Assembly: GCF_900113665.1 (NCBI RefSeq)
Contig: NZ_FOQD01000003.1
Span: forward strand, 258,659-290,658
Length of the DNA: 32,000 bases
Source: Planctomicrobium piriforme
Lineage (GTDB): Bacteria; Planctomycetota; Planctomycetia; Planctomycetales; Planctomycetaceae
Direction: 5' to 3'
Under the pieces are notes generated by a model. The model was given only the letters and a program-made list of their open reading frames with translations, was not told the origin of the DNA and did not search any database. How positions within the stretch are numbered: position 1 is the first letter of the stretch; the number at the start of each line of letters is the position of its first letter. Positions 1-11,923 of the stretch are shown here, piece after piece. A program made the translations under genes and the position numbers.

Positions 1-3394
<3,394 letters not shown>

Positions 3395-3725
3395 CGGCGA
3401 AGGGAGATGCCGTCACGATGGATCGCGTCGATGTCAGCAGGAGTGCTGACGGCGACGCTGAGGAGTTTTGACGTGGACAGACCGCAAGAGAGTTTTGGAC
3501 TGAATCGAATTGAACCGGGGCAACTAATACTTGACGGCGGTTTTCGCCGCTGTAACCTAATAGGCATTGCGTGAGCGCACACGGTGATTGGTCCGTGGAG
3601 CGGCTCCGCCCAAGCTTCTCTCGTGGCATGAAAGCTGCCTGCGTGTCAAAACGTCTTCTGGTCAAGTCGCCAGGAAGTCTACGGATAGCCGGTCGTTGAT
3701 GCGTTTACGAGTTCCCCCTGCTCAT

Positions 3726-5369
3726 ATGCAACACAAGATGATTCTGCGCTCAATCTCCGCACCGGACACGTCCGTCGCGCGGCTCCCCATCCGCTCTGCA
3801 ATCGCCCGCTTCGCGGCGACGGTTGCGGTCTGCCTGTCGGGTGCAGCCATGGCCTCGGCCGAAAACCTCATTCCACAACAGATCACCAGCTACGAACAGT
3901 TGCAGGCGGCGGTGAAGGAGTTGGCGACCAAGCCCTTCACTCCTCAGCCCGAGCTGCCTGAGTCGCTGAAGAACATCGACTACGATCAGTTCCGCCAGAT
4001 CGGTTTCATCGACGGCAAGGAACTGTGGGGCGACGGCAAATTGCCGTTCCGTCTGGGCTTCTACCACAAGGGCTACGTCGCTGTTGACGACGTGTTCATC
4101 AATCTGGTGGAAGACAAAAAGTCGGTCCCGGTTCCGTTCTCGAAGAAGTACTTCCACTACCTGCGTTCGGCAGCGAACTGGAAGATCCCCGATGACCTGG
4201 GCTTTGCAGGCTTTCGCGTCCAGGGAAAGTTTCCTGGCCAGAAAGACTTCACCGAGATCTTCAGCTATGTCGGCGCGAGCTATTTTCGCGCTCGCGCCAT
4301 GAACACGGTACTGGGCACATCCGCCCGTGGACTGGCGATCAATTGCGGCTTGCCGAAGACGGAAGAGTTTCCAATCTTCCGCGAGTACTGGATCATGAAG
4401 CCGCAACCCGGCGACACCTCGTTGCGTGCACTGGCGTTGATGGATAGTCCCAGCGTGGCGGGCGCTTATGCGTTCGTGATGACGCCAGGGATTGAAAAAA
4501 CCGACATTGAAGTCCGCGAAACGTTGTACTTTCGACAGACTCCGGAGAAGGTCGGCATCGCTCCGATGAGCAGCATGTGGCTGTGGGGCGACGCGCTGCC
4601 GGGTCCCAAGGGAGATCATCGTCCGGAAGTTCACGACTCGGACGGACTGCAGATTCAGGCCGCTGACGGGCGTTGGCTATGGCGTACGCTGGGACAACAG
4701 AATTATCCGTCACTTGTCCACTTGAAATACGATGCAGTGCGTGGATTTGGCTTAATTCAGAGAGACACCGATCCGAAACATTACCTCGACGACGAGGCCC
4801 GGTACGACGCCCGGCCAAGTGTCTGGATTCAACCGCAGTCCGATTGGGGCCCTGGAGCCGTCGAATTGCTGGAACTCCCCGCTCCCCATGAGGGGATCGA
4901 CAATATTGCCGCCTGGTGGGTTCCAGCGAAACCGATTGTTCCGGGCGAACCTGTCGACCTGAGCTACCGCATCTCCTTCTTCTCGGGGGACCGCCCGGAT
5001 CACGACTTGGCGAAGGGAGTCGCCCACCGCGTCACTCGGCAGCAGCCGGGGCAGATGCAGGTGGAAATCGATTTTCGTGGTCCATTACTTGCAGAACGGT
5101 CGGAAGCGAATCCGCCAAATGTGCAAGTTGTGTCAATTCGGGCCGCTGTGACCTCCACGGCGTGCCGTAAACTGGCGGATGGAACGTGGACGGCCGTCCT
5201 GGATGTCAAACCGACCGGCGAAGGGCCGTTCGAATTGATGGTGTTCCTGAAAGACGGAGAACGGGAGCTGACGGAAACATGGGCGTACTTGTGTCCTCTC
5301 GATCCCCCGGCAGTCTCGCTTCCCCCTTGGAAAATCAAGGCGGAAGACGGGAAGGAGTCGGCGAAATGA
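3726..5369 (+). CDS. opgG: Periplasmic glucan biosynthesis protein, MdoG/OpgG-OpgD family
   Basis: A signal-like N-terminus (ARFAATVAVCLSGAAMASA) is followed by MdoG-family sequence (DYDQFRQIGF, LPFRLGFYHKGY, FAGFRV, YFRARA, FPIFREYW). The start is uncertain: ATG at 3699, 3726 or 3738. The ORF-track start at 3588 looks too far upstream. Confidence 0.85.
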   Translation: MQHKMILRSISAPDTSVARLPIRSAIARFAATVAVCLSGAAMASAENLIPQQITSYEQLQAAVKELATKPFTPQPELPESLKNIDYDQFRQIGFIDGKELWGDGKLPFRLGFYHKGYVAVDDVFINLVEDKKSVPVPFSKKYFHYLRSAANWKIPDDLGFAGFRVQGKFPGQKDFTEIFSYVGASYFRARAMNTVLGTSARGLAINCGLPKTEEFPIFREYWIMKPQPGDTSLRALALMDSPSVAGAYAFVMTPGIEKTDIEVRETLYFRQTPEKVGIAPMSSMWLWGDALPGPKGDHRPEVHDSDGLQIQAADGRWLWRTLGQQNYPSLVHLKYDAVRGFGLIQRDTDPKHYLDDEARYDARPSVWIQPQSDWGPGAVELLELPAPHEGIDNIAAWWVPAKPIVPGEPVDLSYRISFFSGDRPDHDLAKGVAHRVTRQQPGQMQVEIDFRGPLLAERSEANPPNVQVVSIRAAVTSTACRKLADGTWTAVLDVKPTGEGPFELMVFLKDGERELTETWAYLCPLDPPAVSLPPWKIKAEDGKESAK

Positions 5370-5935
5370 TTGATGCAGTCACACTGAAGAAGTCCTTCGT
5401 TCGGGAATCGCGATCCGCGGTCACCACCGGCAAGGATCTGGCGCGCTATCTCGTCGCGGAGTATCTCCACGACTGGGGCCTTCGCGATCCCGATATCGTT
5501 GCCGCCGAAAGCCGCCGCATCGTCGAACAGGCCGAAGCCCTGACGATGACCGGAGCCGGCGAAGTCAGCGAGCACGAACTGTGCGCCGCTGCCATTCATA
5601 TCACCATGGAAGAAGTCGAAGCGAGCATCGCCCGTATGGCGGCCACTTCGATCCGGGATCAACTGGCCGGTTCGCCGACCAGCAACTCCATCGTTCCCCG
5701 CATGGCCCGTGTGCTGCTGGAATTCCCGGACGCGATCCGTCATCGCGACCGGCCTCCGGCACGCCTGTTGCAGGTATTGGAGCGGTCAGTCGCTCCCATT
5801 ATTCCCCGCTGCCATCCGCGAGAGATGCGTCCGCAGCCCAGTACCCGGCTTTGGTCGGTGCTGCGTCGGAGCTATTGGCTGGAACTCTGTGGGAGTTTCC
5901 AGTCATGGGTCTGCCGCTGCGTTGGAGTCAAGTAG
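5366..5935 (+). CDS. Hypothetical protein translationally coupled between opgG and opgH
   Basis: Its ATG (5366-5368) overlaps the opgG TGA as ATGA. Its TAG (5933-5935) directly abuts the opgH ATG at 5936. The 189-aa acidic product shows no motif I recognise. Confidence 0.55.
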   Translation: MIDAVTLKKSFVRESRSAVTTGKDLARYLVAEYLHDWGLRDPDIVAAESRRIVEQAEALTMTGAGEVSEHELCAAAIHITMEEVEASIARMAATSIRDQLAGSPTSNSIVPRMARVLLEFPDAIRHRDRPPARLLQVLERSVAPIIPRCHPREMRPQPSTRLWSVLRRSYWLELCGSFQSWVCRCVGVK

Positions 5936-7981
5936 ATGTCGACCCCCCTTGTTGATCCTGCTCTGCCGGGCACGCCTCGTTATCGAGTCACCCGCTGGAT
6001 GCTCCTGGTCTTGACGCTGCTCACCACGATTGGCGGCGTTGGATTGTTCGTCAACGTGCTGTCTGTCAACGGCATGAACCCGGCGGAATACGTCATTCTG
6101 CCGCTGTTCACGGTCCTGTTTGCCTGGATCGCATTCTCGTTCTGGACAGCTGCCTGGGGCCTGATGCTGGTTCTCAGCGGCAAGAACCCCGTCGGTGAAT
6201 CCACAGCCTCGAATCGTGATGAAAACGCACCGCTGTCGCCGACCGCGGTGCTGATGCCGATCTATAACGAGTCTCCGACCGACGTCTTTGCAGGCGTACA
6301 GGCGATGTTGCAGTCGCTGGTTGCCACGGGCAAGCCGAACGCCTTCGATATGTTCGTCCTCAGTGACACCACTGATCCGGACATCTGGCTGGAAGAAGAA
6401 CGGGCCTGGGCCCGGCTGGTCGCCGAACACGGTTCACACCCCCGGGTGTTCTACCGTCGCCGTCCGCGAAACGTCAGCCGCAAGGCCGGTAACATTGCCG
6501 ACTTCTGCTGCCGTTGGGGATCGCAGTACGAATACATGATCGTCCTTGACGCCGACAGCGTCATGGAAGGGGCGACTCTGGTGGAAATGGTCCGCCGGAT
6601 GGACGCCGACCCGCAACTGGGCATTCTGCAGGTGCCGCCGACTCCGGTGAATCGCCTGTCGCTCTTTGCCCGTCTCCAGCAATTTGCTTCGCGGCTCTAC
6701 AGCGACATCCTGATTCAGGGTTTCTGCAGTTGGGCCAACTTCGACAGCAACTACTGGGGCCACAACGCCATTATTCGCGTGGAACCGTTTACCCGGCACT
6801 GCGGCCTGCCCATCCTGCCGGGCAAGGCTCCGCTCGGCGGCGAGATTCTGAGTCACGACTTCGTGGAAGCAGCCCTCATGGCCCGCGCAGGCTACAAAGT
6901 CTCGCTCGCTCATGACCTCGGCGGCAGCTACGAAGAATGCCCGACCACGCTGCTCGATTTCGCCAAGCGGGATCAGCGGTGGTGTCAGGGAAATATGCAG
7001 CATATCCGTCTCGTCTTCAGCGAAGGCTTCCGGCCCATCAGCCGATTGCACCTCGCGATGGGGGCAATGGCTTACCTGTCTGCTCCGCTGTGGCTGGCGT
7101 TCATGACGCTCAGTGCAGTCGCGATGTGGATGGACGGCTCGCAAGTTCCGGAAAGTCCGTCGTGGATTGCCGGCGCCTCGGTCGTGTTCGGCATCACAAT
7201 GGCCCTGCTGCTGCTGCCCAAGATGTTCAGCCTGATCGCCCTCGCCAAACAGCCGCAGCGGCTGCGTGAGTTCGGCGGCTGGGACAACGTCGTCGGCAGC
7301 GCCCTGCTGGAAACGCTGATCTCGATTCTCGTCTCTCCGATCATGATGTTCTTCCACACCCGCTTTGTGGTCACCACATTGCTCGGCCAGAAAGTGGTCT
7401 GGAACGCCCAGAACCGCGGTGAAGGAGATATCACGTTCGGCGAAGCACTGCTGGTCTATGGCCCGCACATGCTGGCCGGCGTCCTGACAACGCTGTTCAT
7501 CGGTTACTTCTCTCCGTACCTGCTCATCTGGTTCCTGCCGGTGGTGTTCGGGCTGATCTTCTCAGTTCCGCTCGCACTCACACTCGGCAGCGTCCGGCTG
7601 GGTCAACGGTTGGCGGAGCAGGGGTTGCTGCTGATTCCGGAAGAGATCACCACGCCGCAGATTCTGCACCTGCAGAAACAGGCGTTGGCAGCACGGTTGC
7701 GTTCACGCGATCACTACGACCGCGACAAGCTGTTCGACACCGTGTTGATCGACCCGTCGTTTCATGCCCTGCATCGCAACATCCTTCAGGCGACCGAGTC
7801 GCATGTCCCGGCTCCTCGTGAAGACATCAAAGCGATTCAGGAACTGATTCAACGGGAAGGCCCGTCGGCCGTGCCGCGCGATGCCCGTCGGATGATCCTG
7901 TCCGATGCGGACGCGCTGAAGAAGATTCACGTCCAGGTCCGGAGCCAGATGCGCCTGACCCGATCGGCCCTGAGCAGCTAA
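5936..7981 (+). CDS. opgH: Glucans biosynthesis glucosyltransferase H (GT2, multi-pass membrane)
   Basis: N- and C-terminal TM segments flank a GT2 core with VLMPIYNE, LSDT, VLDADS and the QRWCQG motif. Confidence 0.93.
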   Translation: MSTPLVDPALPGTPRYRVTRWMLLVLTLLTTIGGVGLFVNVLSVNGMNPAEYVILPLFTVLFAWIAFSFWTAAWGLMLVLSGKNPVGESTASNRDENAPLSPTAVLMPIYNESPTDVFAGVQAMLQSLVATGKPNAFDMFVLSDTTDPDIWLEEERAWARLVAEHGSHPRVFYRRRPRNVSRKAGNIADFCCRWGSQYEYMIVLDADSVMEGATLVEMVRRMDADPQLGILQVPPTPVNRLSLFARLQQFASRLYSDILIQGFCSWANFDSNYWGHNAIIRVEPFTRHCGLPILPGKAPLGGEILSHDFVEAALMARAGYKVSLAHDLGGSYEECPTTLLDFAKRDQRWCQGNMQHIRLVFSEGFRPISRLHLAMGAMAYLSAPLWLAFMTLSAVAMWMDGSQVPESPSWIAGASVVFGITMALLLLPKMFSLIALAKQPQRLREFGGWDNVVGSALLETLISILVSPIMMFFHTRFVVTTLLGQKVVWNAQNRGEGDITFGEALLVYGPHMLAGVLTTLFIGYFSPYLLIWFLPVVFGLIFSVPLALTLGSVRLGQRLAEQGLLLIPEEITTPQILHLQKQALAARLRSRDHYDRDKLFDTVLIDPSFHALHRNILQATESHVPAPREDIKAIQELIQREGPSAVPRDARRMILSDADALKKIHVQVRSQMRLTRSALSS

Positions 7982-8008
7982 ACGTGCTGCGATTGATTGA
8001 GAACCTCA

Positions 8009-8044
8009 CAGGGGGCGAGACGAATGTCTCGCCCCCTGTTTTTG
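8009..8044 (+). terminator. Rho-independent terminator after opgH
   Basis: 13-bp perfect stem (cagggggcgagac 8009-8021 with gtctcgccccctg 8026-8038), loop gaat, then a T-run tttttg at 8039-8044. It lies 28 nt after the opgH stop. Confidence 0.85.
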
Positions 8045-8058
8045 TATTTCTGTATTTC

Positions 8059-8090
8059 CCTGATCCCTCGCCCCTATCCCCTGATCCCTC
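8059..8090. repeat. 11-nt direct duplication inside a diverged REP-like element
   Basis: cctgatccctc occurs at 8059-8069 and 8080-8090. The surrounding tccctcgcccct...caggagagagg resembles the 44-nt elements at 17689 and 25772. Confidence 0.4.
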
Positions 8091-8191
8091 ACAGGAGAGA
8101 GGCATGGGAACTGCACTACCGTGTTTTGGGCGAAGGATGGTTGTCCGAGGGGCGGGCAGCGTCTGAGCCTGTGATTCACGGGAGACGAAAC

Positions 8192-8683
8192 ATGTTGACT
8201 GCATTGCTGCGCGTTGTGAGTGCCTGCACCGTTCTTTCTACGGCCTGCCTGATGGCTCATGCCGATGACGCAACGGCGAAGTGCGATCCGGCCGACTTCG
8301 ACGGCACCTACAAGATTGTCTCCGGCGAAATGGACGGGAAAGCAATCCCGCCAGAACGGCTGCACCATGTGAAAGCGGTCTTCACAGCCGGTTCCATCGT
8401 CACGTTCGACAAGGACGAGAATCAGGTCTATGCCGCGACGTTCACCCTCGGGCCCGCGAAAAACGGCTGCCACATCAACATGACCAGTCAGAAGCCGGCT
8501 AAGGAGGGAAGCTCTGCCTCGGGACTCATTAAAAAAGACGGCGACACCGTCTCGCTGATCTACGCCCTGCCGTCAGGCGAATTGCCGACGAGCTTCAAAA
8601 CCCACGCGAAACAACACCTGTTCATCATGAAAAAAGTGACCGACGCGATCCCTCAGAACGATCAGGAACTGAAGAAGCCGTGA
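8192..8683 (+). CDS. Secreted lipocalin-like protein, TIGR03067-type planctomycete domain
   Basis: Signal peptide MLTALLRVVSACTVLSTACLMAHA. The domain pattern FDGTYKIVSGEMDGKAIPPE ... GDTVSLIYALPSGELPTSFKT matches my recollection of the TIGR03067 family. The longer ORF-track form from 7997 would read through the opgH terminator. Confidence 0.75.
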   Translation: MLTALLRVVSACTVLSTACLMAHADDATAKCDPADFDGTYKIVSGEMDGKAIPPERLHHVKAVFTAGSIVTFDKDENQVYAATFTLGPAKNGCHINMTSQKPAKEGSSASGLIKKDGDTVSLIYALPSGELPTSFKTHAKQHLFIMKKVTDAIPQNDQELKKP

Positions 8684-9329
8684 GCGTTCCTGGGAGCGAT
8701 ATCCATTTCTCGGTCGATCCGAAATACCCAAAAGTAGCTGCTACGGCTGTCTGCCAGACGGCGAACATCAACACGACGGGCAATTGTCCGCCTGCAAGAT
8801 CGCGAAGGACAATTGCGAACATCAGATAGCTCATTGTGCTGATGGCCCCGACCAACGACACGACGACCACGCATAACCTCTTTCGGCGACACGGAACCAG
8901 GGTAACGACCGCTATTGCCAGCAGGAATCCGCCAAAAGCTCCGCTGATGCCAAGCCAAAGGTCCCCGCGCATCGATGTTGTAAAAGGCATCAACAGCGCT
9001 GGAAACCACATCGTGAATCCAACGCTGAGAACATACGAGAGTGCTGAACTCAAAACGAGAAGTACCATATTCCTGTTGGACAAGGGCAGGAGAGTGCGTC
9101 CAACTGCGTATGAGAGAGCGATCCCCAAAGTGATTCCTGGTAGGCCCAGTACGAGGGGATAAATGACGGAGCAAGAAAACGCGGTGATCCCACCGGAGAC
9201 CAGGCCGGCTTTTGCAAATTCAATGACAATTCTGGCCCGCTCAGGCGGCTCTCTCTTGAGGTCACGCTGCTCCAGTATCGCCTGGGCAAATTCGACCACT
9301 TCAGGAGAAGCGTCGTTCATCTCAATCAT
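8625..9329 (-). CDS. Hypothetical multi-pass membrane protein, last gene of the terminase operon
   Basis: A soluble N-terminus of about 40 aa precedes 5-6 hydrophobic segments (ITAFSCSVIYPLVLGLPGITLGIAL, MVLLVLSSALSYVLSVGFTMWF, LWLGISGAFGGFLLAIAVVTLV, LCVVVVSLVGAISTMSYLMFAIVL, LPVVLMFAVWQTAVAATFGYF). Same strand as TerL, 102 nt downstream. Its 3' end overlaps the convergent gene by 59 nt. Confidence 0.6.
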   Translation of the reverse strand: MIEMNDASPEVVEFAQAILEQRDLKREPPERARIVIEFAKAGLVSGGITAFSCSVIYPLVLGLPGITLGIALSYAVGRTLLPLSNRNMVLLVLSSALSYVLSVGFTMWFPALLMPFTTSMRGDLWLGISGAFGGFLLAIAVVTLVPCRRKRLCVVVVSLVGAISTMSYLMFAIVLRDLAGGQLPVVLMFAVWQTAVAATFGYFGSTEKWISLPGTLTASSVPDRSEGSRRSLFS

Positions 9330-9431
9330 CTTGTTTATTGGATCGCAGTCTCTCGCTGCGAGAACCGTTTTTCATCGCCAGCTTTCACTGCTTAACAGAG
9401 TATTGCACTGGATATTATCACTGTTTCACCG

Positions 9432-10928
9432 TCACCACCCGAATCCTCCCCCATTCTCCGGCGGCGTCACCAGTAAAAAATCTCCTGTCGACTCCTCGTT
9501 GAGCGTCAGACAGGCGACTCCCAGGGTGAAGGCGCGATCGTCGTGGTGCTGGCCGTCGCTGACGTGATCGATCCGCAGTTTCCCGGCGGAGGATTGCCGC
9601 AGGATCAGCGATGCCAGTTCCGTTTCCAGATCGTCGCGGTGGACGCCGGGAACGCTGCCGCAGCCGGGATACCATTGCACGCGCTGGTGCAGAATGAGCT
9701 GCCGCAGGGCGACCGCCAGCCGATGGTTCCCTTCGCCTGCGGAGAACCGGAAACGCTGCACCGGATATTTGTTTTCCAGCCGCTGGATCGTGCCGATTAA
9801 CTGGTATTCGTCCACGACGAAGCGCACCTGTTCAAAACGCGAGGCGATGTCTTCGATCCAGTCTTCCACCCAGGCAACGCGCGTGGGCGTGTTCTGATCC
9901 GGCTTCACGACGTCCATGCGGTCGACGACGATCAATTCCCCTTCGCGGTGACAGACGCAGCCGACGGTGAAGTCGTGCTTTTCGGCGTAGTCGATGGCGG
10001 CCACGTAGGCGCGGCCCGGCTGGCCTTCGAGTTGATACCGGCGGCGCTCGTTCCGGCAGGCTTCGACTTCCGTCAGAGTGAGAAAGTTGCCTTCCGCATG
10101 CTGCCAGCGATTGAGCCAGAGCCGTTCATAGACGGGTTGCGGCAGCAGAGCCCGTTGTTCGGCGAGCCAATCCTCTGTGATCCACGGCGCCTGCGGGCCG
10201 TCGAGCGAAGAGAAGTACCACCGAGAATCGTGGCGGGCGTGTTCGCGGATCTCCCATTGCCAGCCGCGGCCGACGCCCGCGTTGGTCAGAATCGTCAGCA
10301 CGCAGCGCGGCTTCTTCGCGGCGGAGGACAGCAGCGAGTACCACATCTCCGGCCGCGGCCAATGGCTGACTTCGTCGCAGATGACAAAGTCCGGGAGCGC
10401 GCCATAGGAGCTTTTCACATCGGACGAAATCACGTCGAGACGGCTGCCGGTCTGCTTGTTCTTCACCAGGTGTTCGAGAAACTGCAGCGGTTCCAGCAGC
10501 GGCTGATTGACGCTGGCCAGCCGTCGCAGGGAGTCGAGCAGAAACAACCCCTGATCGCGATCGGCCGCCGCCGCCAGTCCATTCACAGGTTGCCGCGCGG
10601 CGAGCAGAATCCAGGCGATCTGCACGGCCATGTCGGAGGTTTTCGAATGCCCGCGAGGGCGTTCGATATAGGCTCGTCGCAGACATTCCTGATCAGGACG
10701 AGTCGTGCGGCCCGCCAGTTCGAGCCAGGCCGTATCGAGCGCCGCCAGATCCTGCCGCTGCCAGGGCTGCAGTACATCTCTCAGCCGTTGTCGGGCATCA
10801 CCCGGCAGCCAGAGCTGGCGGCGAAACAACTCAGGACTTCGTCTCGCATCGCGATTGAGAATCTCCCGGTGCAGGCTGAGGCAATAATTCTGCCGCCAGC
10901 TTCTGGAATTGGGCAAGGAGTTCATCAT
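9432..10928 (-). CDS. Phage terminase large subunit-like protein (Terminase_1 / COG4626 type)
   Basis: LQPWQRQDL entry motif, deviant Walker A ERPRGHSKTS, Walker B FVICDEVSHW, and nuclease-domain acidic motifs AAIDYAEKHDFTV and HHDDRAFTLGVA. The ATG at 10928 overlaps TerS by 98 nt. An alternative TTG at 10829 starts 1 nt after the TerS stop. Confidence 0.85.
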   Translation of the reverse strand: MMNSLPNSRSWRQNYCLSLHREILNRDARRSPELFRRQLWLPGDARQRLRDVLQPWQRQDLAALDTAWLELAGRTTRPDQECLRRAYIERPRGHSKTSDMAVQIAWILLAARQPVNGLAAAADRDQGLFLLDSLRRLASVNQPLLEPLQFLEHLVKNKQTGSRLDVISSDVKSSYGALPDFVICDEVSHWPRPEMWYSLLSSAAKKPRCVLTILTNAGVGRGWQWEIREHARHDSRWYFSSLDGPQAPWITEDWLAEQRALLPQPVYERLWLNRWQHAEGNFLTLTEVEACRNERRRYQLEGQPGRAYVAAIDYAEKHDFTVGCVCHREGELIVVDRMDVVKPDQNTPTRVAWVEDWIEDIASRFEQVRFVVDEYQLIGTIQRLENKYPVQRFRFSAGEGNHRLAVALRQLILHQRVQWYPGCGSVPGVHRDDLETELASLILRQSSAGKLRIDHVSDGQHHDDRAFTLGVACLTLNEESTGDFLLVTPPENGGGFGW

Positions 10929-11328
10929 CCGTGAGTTCCTCAGGCGTCAGCGCGTCGGCGTCGGCAGTTTCAAACCAGTCCGGCGGGGGTCGGTTTTTCA
11001 AATAGAACGTCTGGGCTGAAACGTTCCCTTTCATCGCCGCGCAGTACAGCGCGGCGGCGACATTCTGGCTCAGCAGTTCGCGAACGCGGTCGACCAGATT
11101 GCGGAAGCGTTCATCCGTCTCCATCACCGCGGCGATTGCCGCCAGCGAGATGCCGACTTTCTTGCAGGCCTCGGCAGGCGGCAGTCCGCACGCCAAGAAT
11201 TGCAGATACTCTTCCTGCTGAGCCGCTGTCAGTTGTAAGCCTGTCGCGTCGTCCGCCAGCAGCTTCGCAACCTTATGCTTTGAGAGCAGAGCGTCACCCG
11301 TCTTACCTTCCACCTGACGCGGGTCCAT
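10831..11328 (-). CDS. Phage terminase small subunit-like HTH protein
   Basis: HTH segment LPPAEACKKVGISLAAIAAV and the TerS-typical FYLKNRPPPDW near the C-terminus. The start is placed at ATG 11328 (MDPRQ). The upstream extension to 11430/11622 has lower third-position GC (hand count 20/34) than the overlapping GNAT frame (26/31). Confidence 0.7.
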   Translation of the reverse strand: MDPRQVEGKTGDALLSKHKVAKLLADDATGLQLTAAQQEEYLQFLACGLPPAEACKKVGISLAAIAAVMETDERFRNLVDRVRELLSQNVAAALYCAAMKGNVSAQTFYLKNRPPPDWFETADADALTPEELTDDELLAQFQKLAAELLPQPAPGDSQSRCETKS

Positions 11329-11923
11329 GTCTTGCGGCGTGCGCCCGGTTGTCGAAGATGTAGTAGACCGGGTTCGCGAAGCGGCTTTTGTCGTACGTTT
11401 CGCGGGTGAGGAGGGCTGCTTTTTGGCCATGTTTCTGACGACGGTAGAGCAGGGAATGGGATGCTCGCGAGCGTTCGACCGTGCGTGAGACGCCGACGCG
11501 GCGGAAGCCGGCCCGTTCGAAGACGGGGTTAACGTGTCCCATCTGGGTGAGGGTTTCGATCCAGGGATACCCGGTGAGTTCGCAGCAGCGGCGGATGAAT
11601 CGATACCCGATGCCGGCCCCACGATAGGTGGGATGGAGCACCACCCGCGACAGTGTTAGCAACTGACGGTTCAATGTGCGCAGTAATGTGCGATCCCATT
11701 TTCCGCCACGGCCAAAGTAACGGTTCCGCTGCGCTAGCGATTTGGGCGGGGCAATGAACAGGCAAATGCCAACCGGTTCATCTCCCTGCCAGAGGAGAAA
11801 CAGCTGCCGAATCAGCCCGATGCGGTGGCTGCGATAATGCCACCGAGCGAAGTACGTCCAGTCGGACTTGGTCGCGGAGGAGATCCAGAACTCGTCGGCG
11901 AGCCGCAGCGTTTTTTTTTGAGA
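11303..11923 (-). CDS. GNAT acetyltransferase domain, reachable only by a -1 shift from the upstream ATPase frame
   Basis: The frame is open from 11923 to the TAA at 11303. There is no ATG/GTG/TTG start until TTG at 11674. It encodes WHYRSHRIGLIRQLFLLWQGDEPVGICLF ... RVVLHPTYRGAGIGYRFI ... VFERAGFRRVG, which includes a GNAT acetyl-CoA motif A. Third-position GC is 37/42 in the first 42 codons after the A9 tract. Confidence 0.8.
   Translation of the reverse strand, partial: SQKKTLRLADEFWISSATKSDWTYFARWHYRSHRIGLIRQLFLLWQGDEPVGICLFIAPPKSLAQRNRYFGRGGKWDRTLLRTLNRQLLTLSRVVLHPTYRGAGIGYRFIRRCCELTGYPWIETLTQMGHVNPVFERAGFRRVGVSRTVERSRASHSLLYRRQKHGQKAALLTRETYDKSRFANPVYYIFDNRAHAARHGPASGGR

Noticed and set aside
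7997-8191. Upstream extension of the lipocalin-like ORF (track start 7997)
   Set aside because: It would begin inside the opgH terminator hairpin and run through REP-like repeat sequence. The Met at 8192 is followed by a clean signal peptide.
11329-11622. N-terminal extension of the TerS ORF (track start 11622, or ATG 11430 giving MAKKQPSS...)
   Set aside because: It overlaps the GNAT frame, which has clearly higher third-position GC over the shared stretch (26/31 versus 20/34 by hand count). The extension is low-complexity Ser/Thr/Ala/Pro. The ATG at 11328 leaves only a 26-nt overlap.
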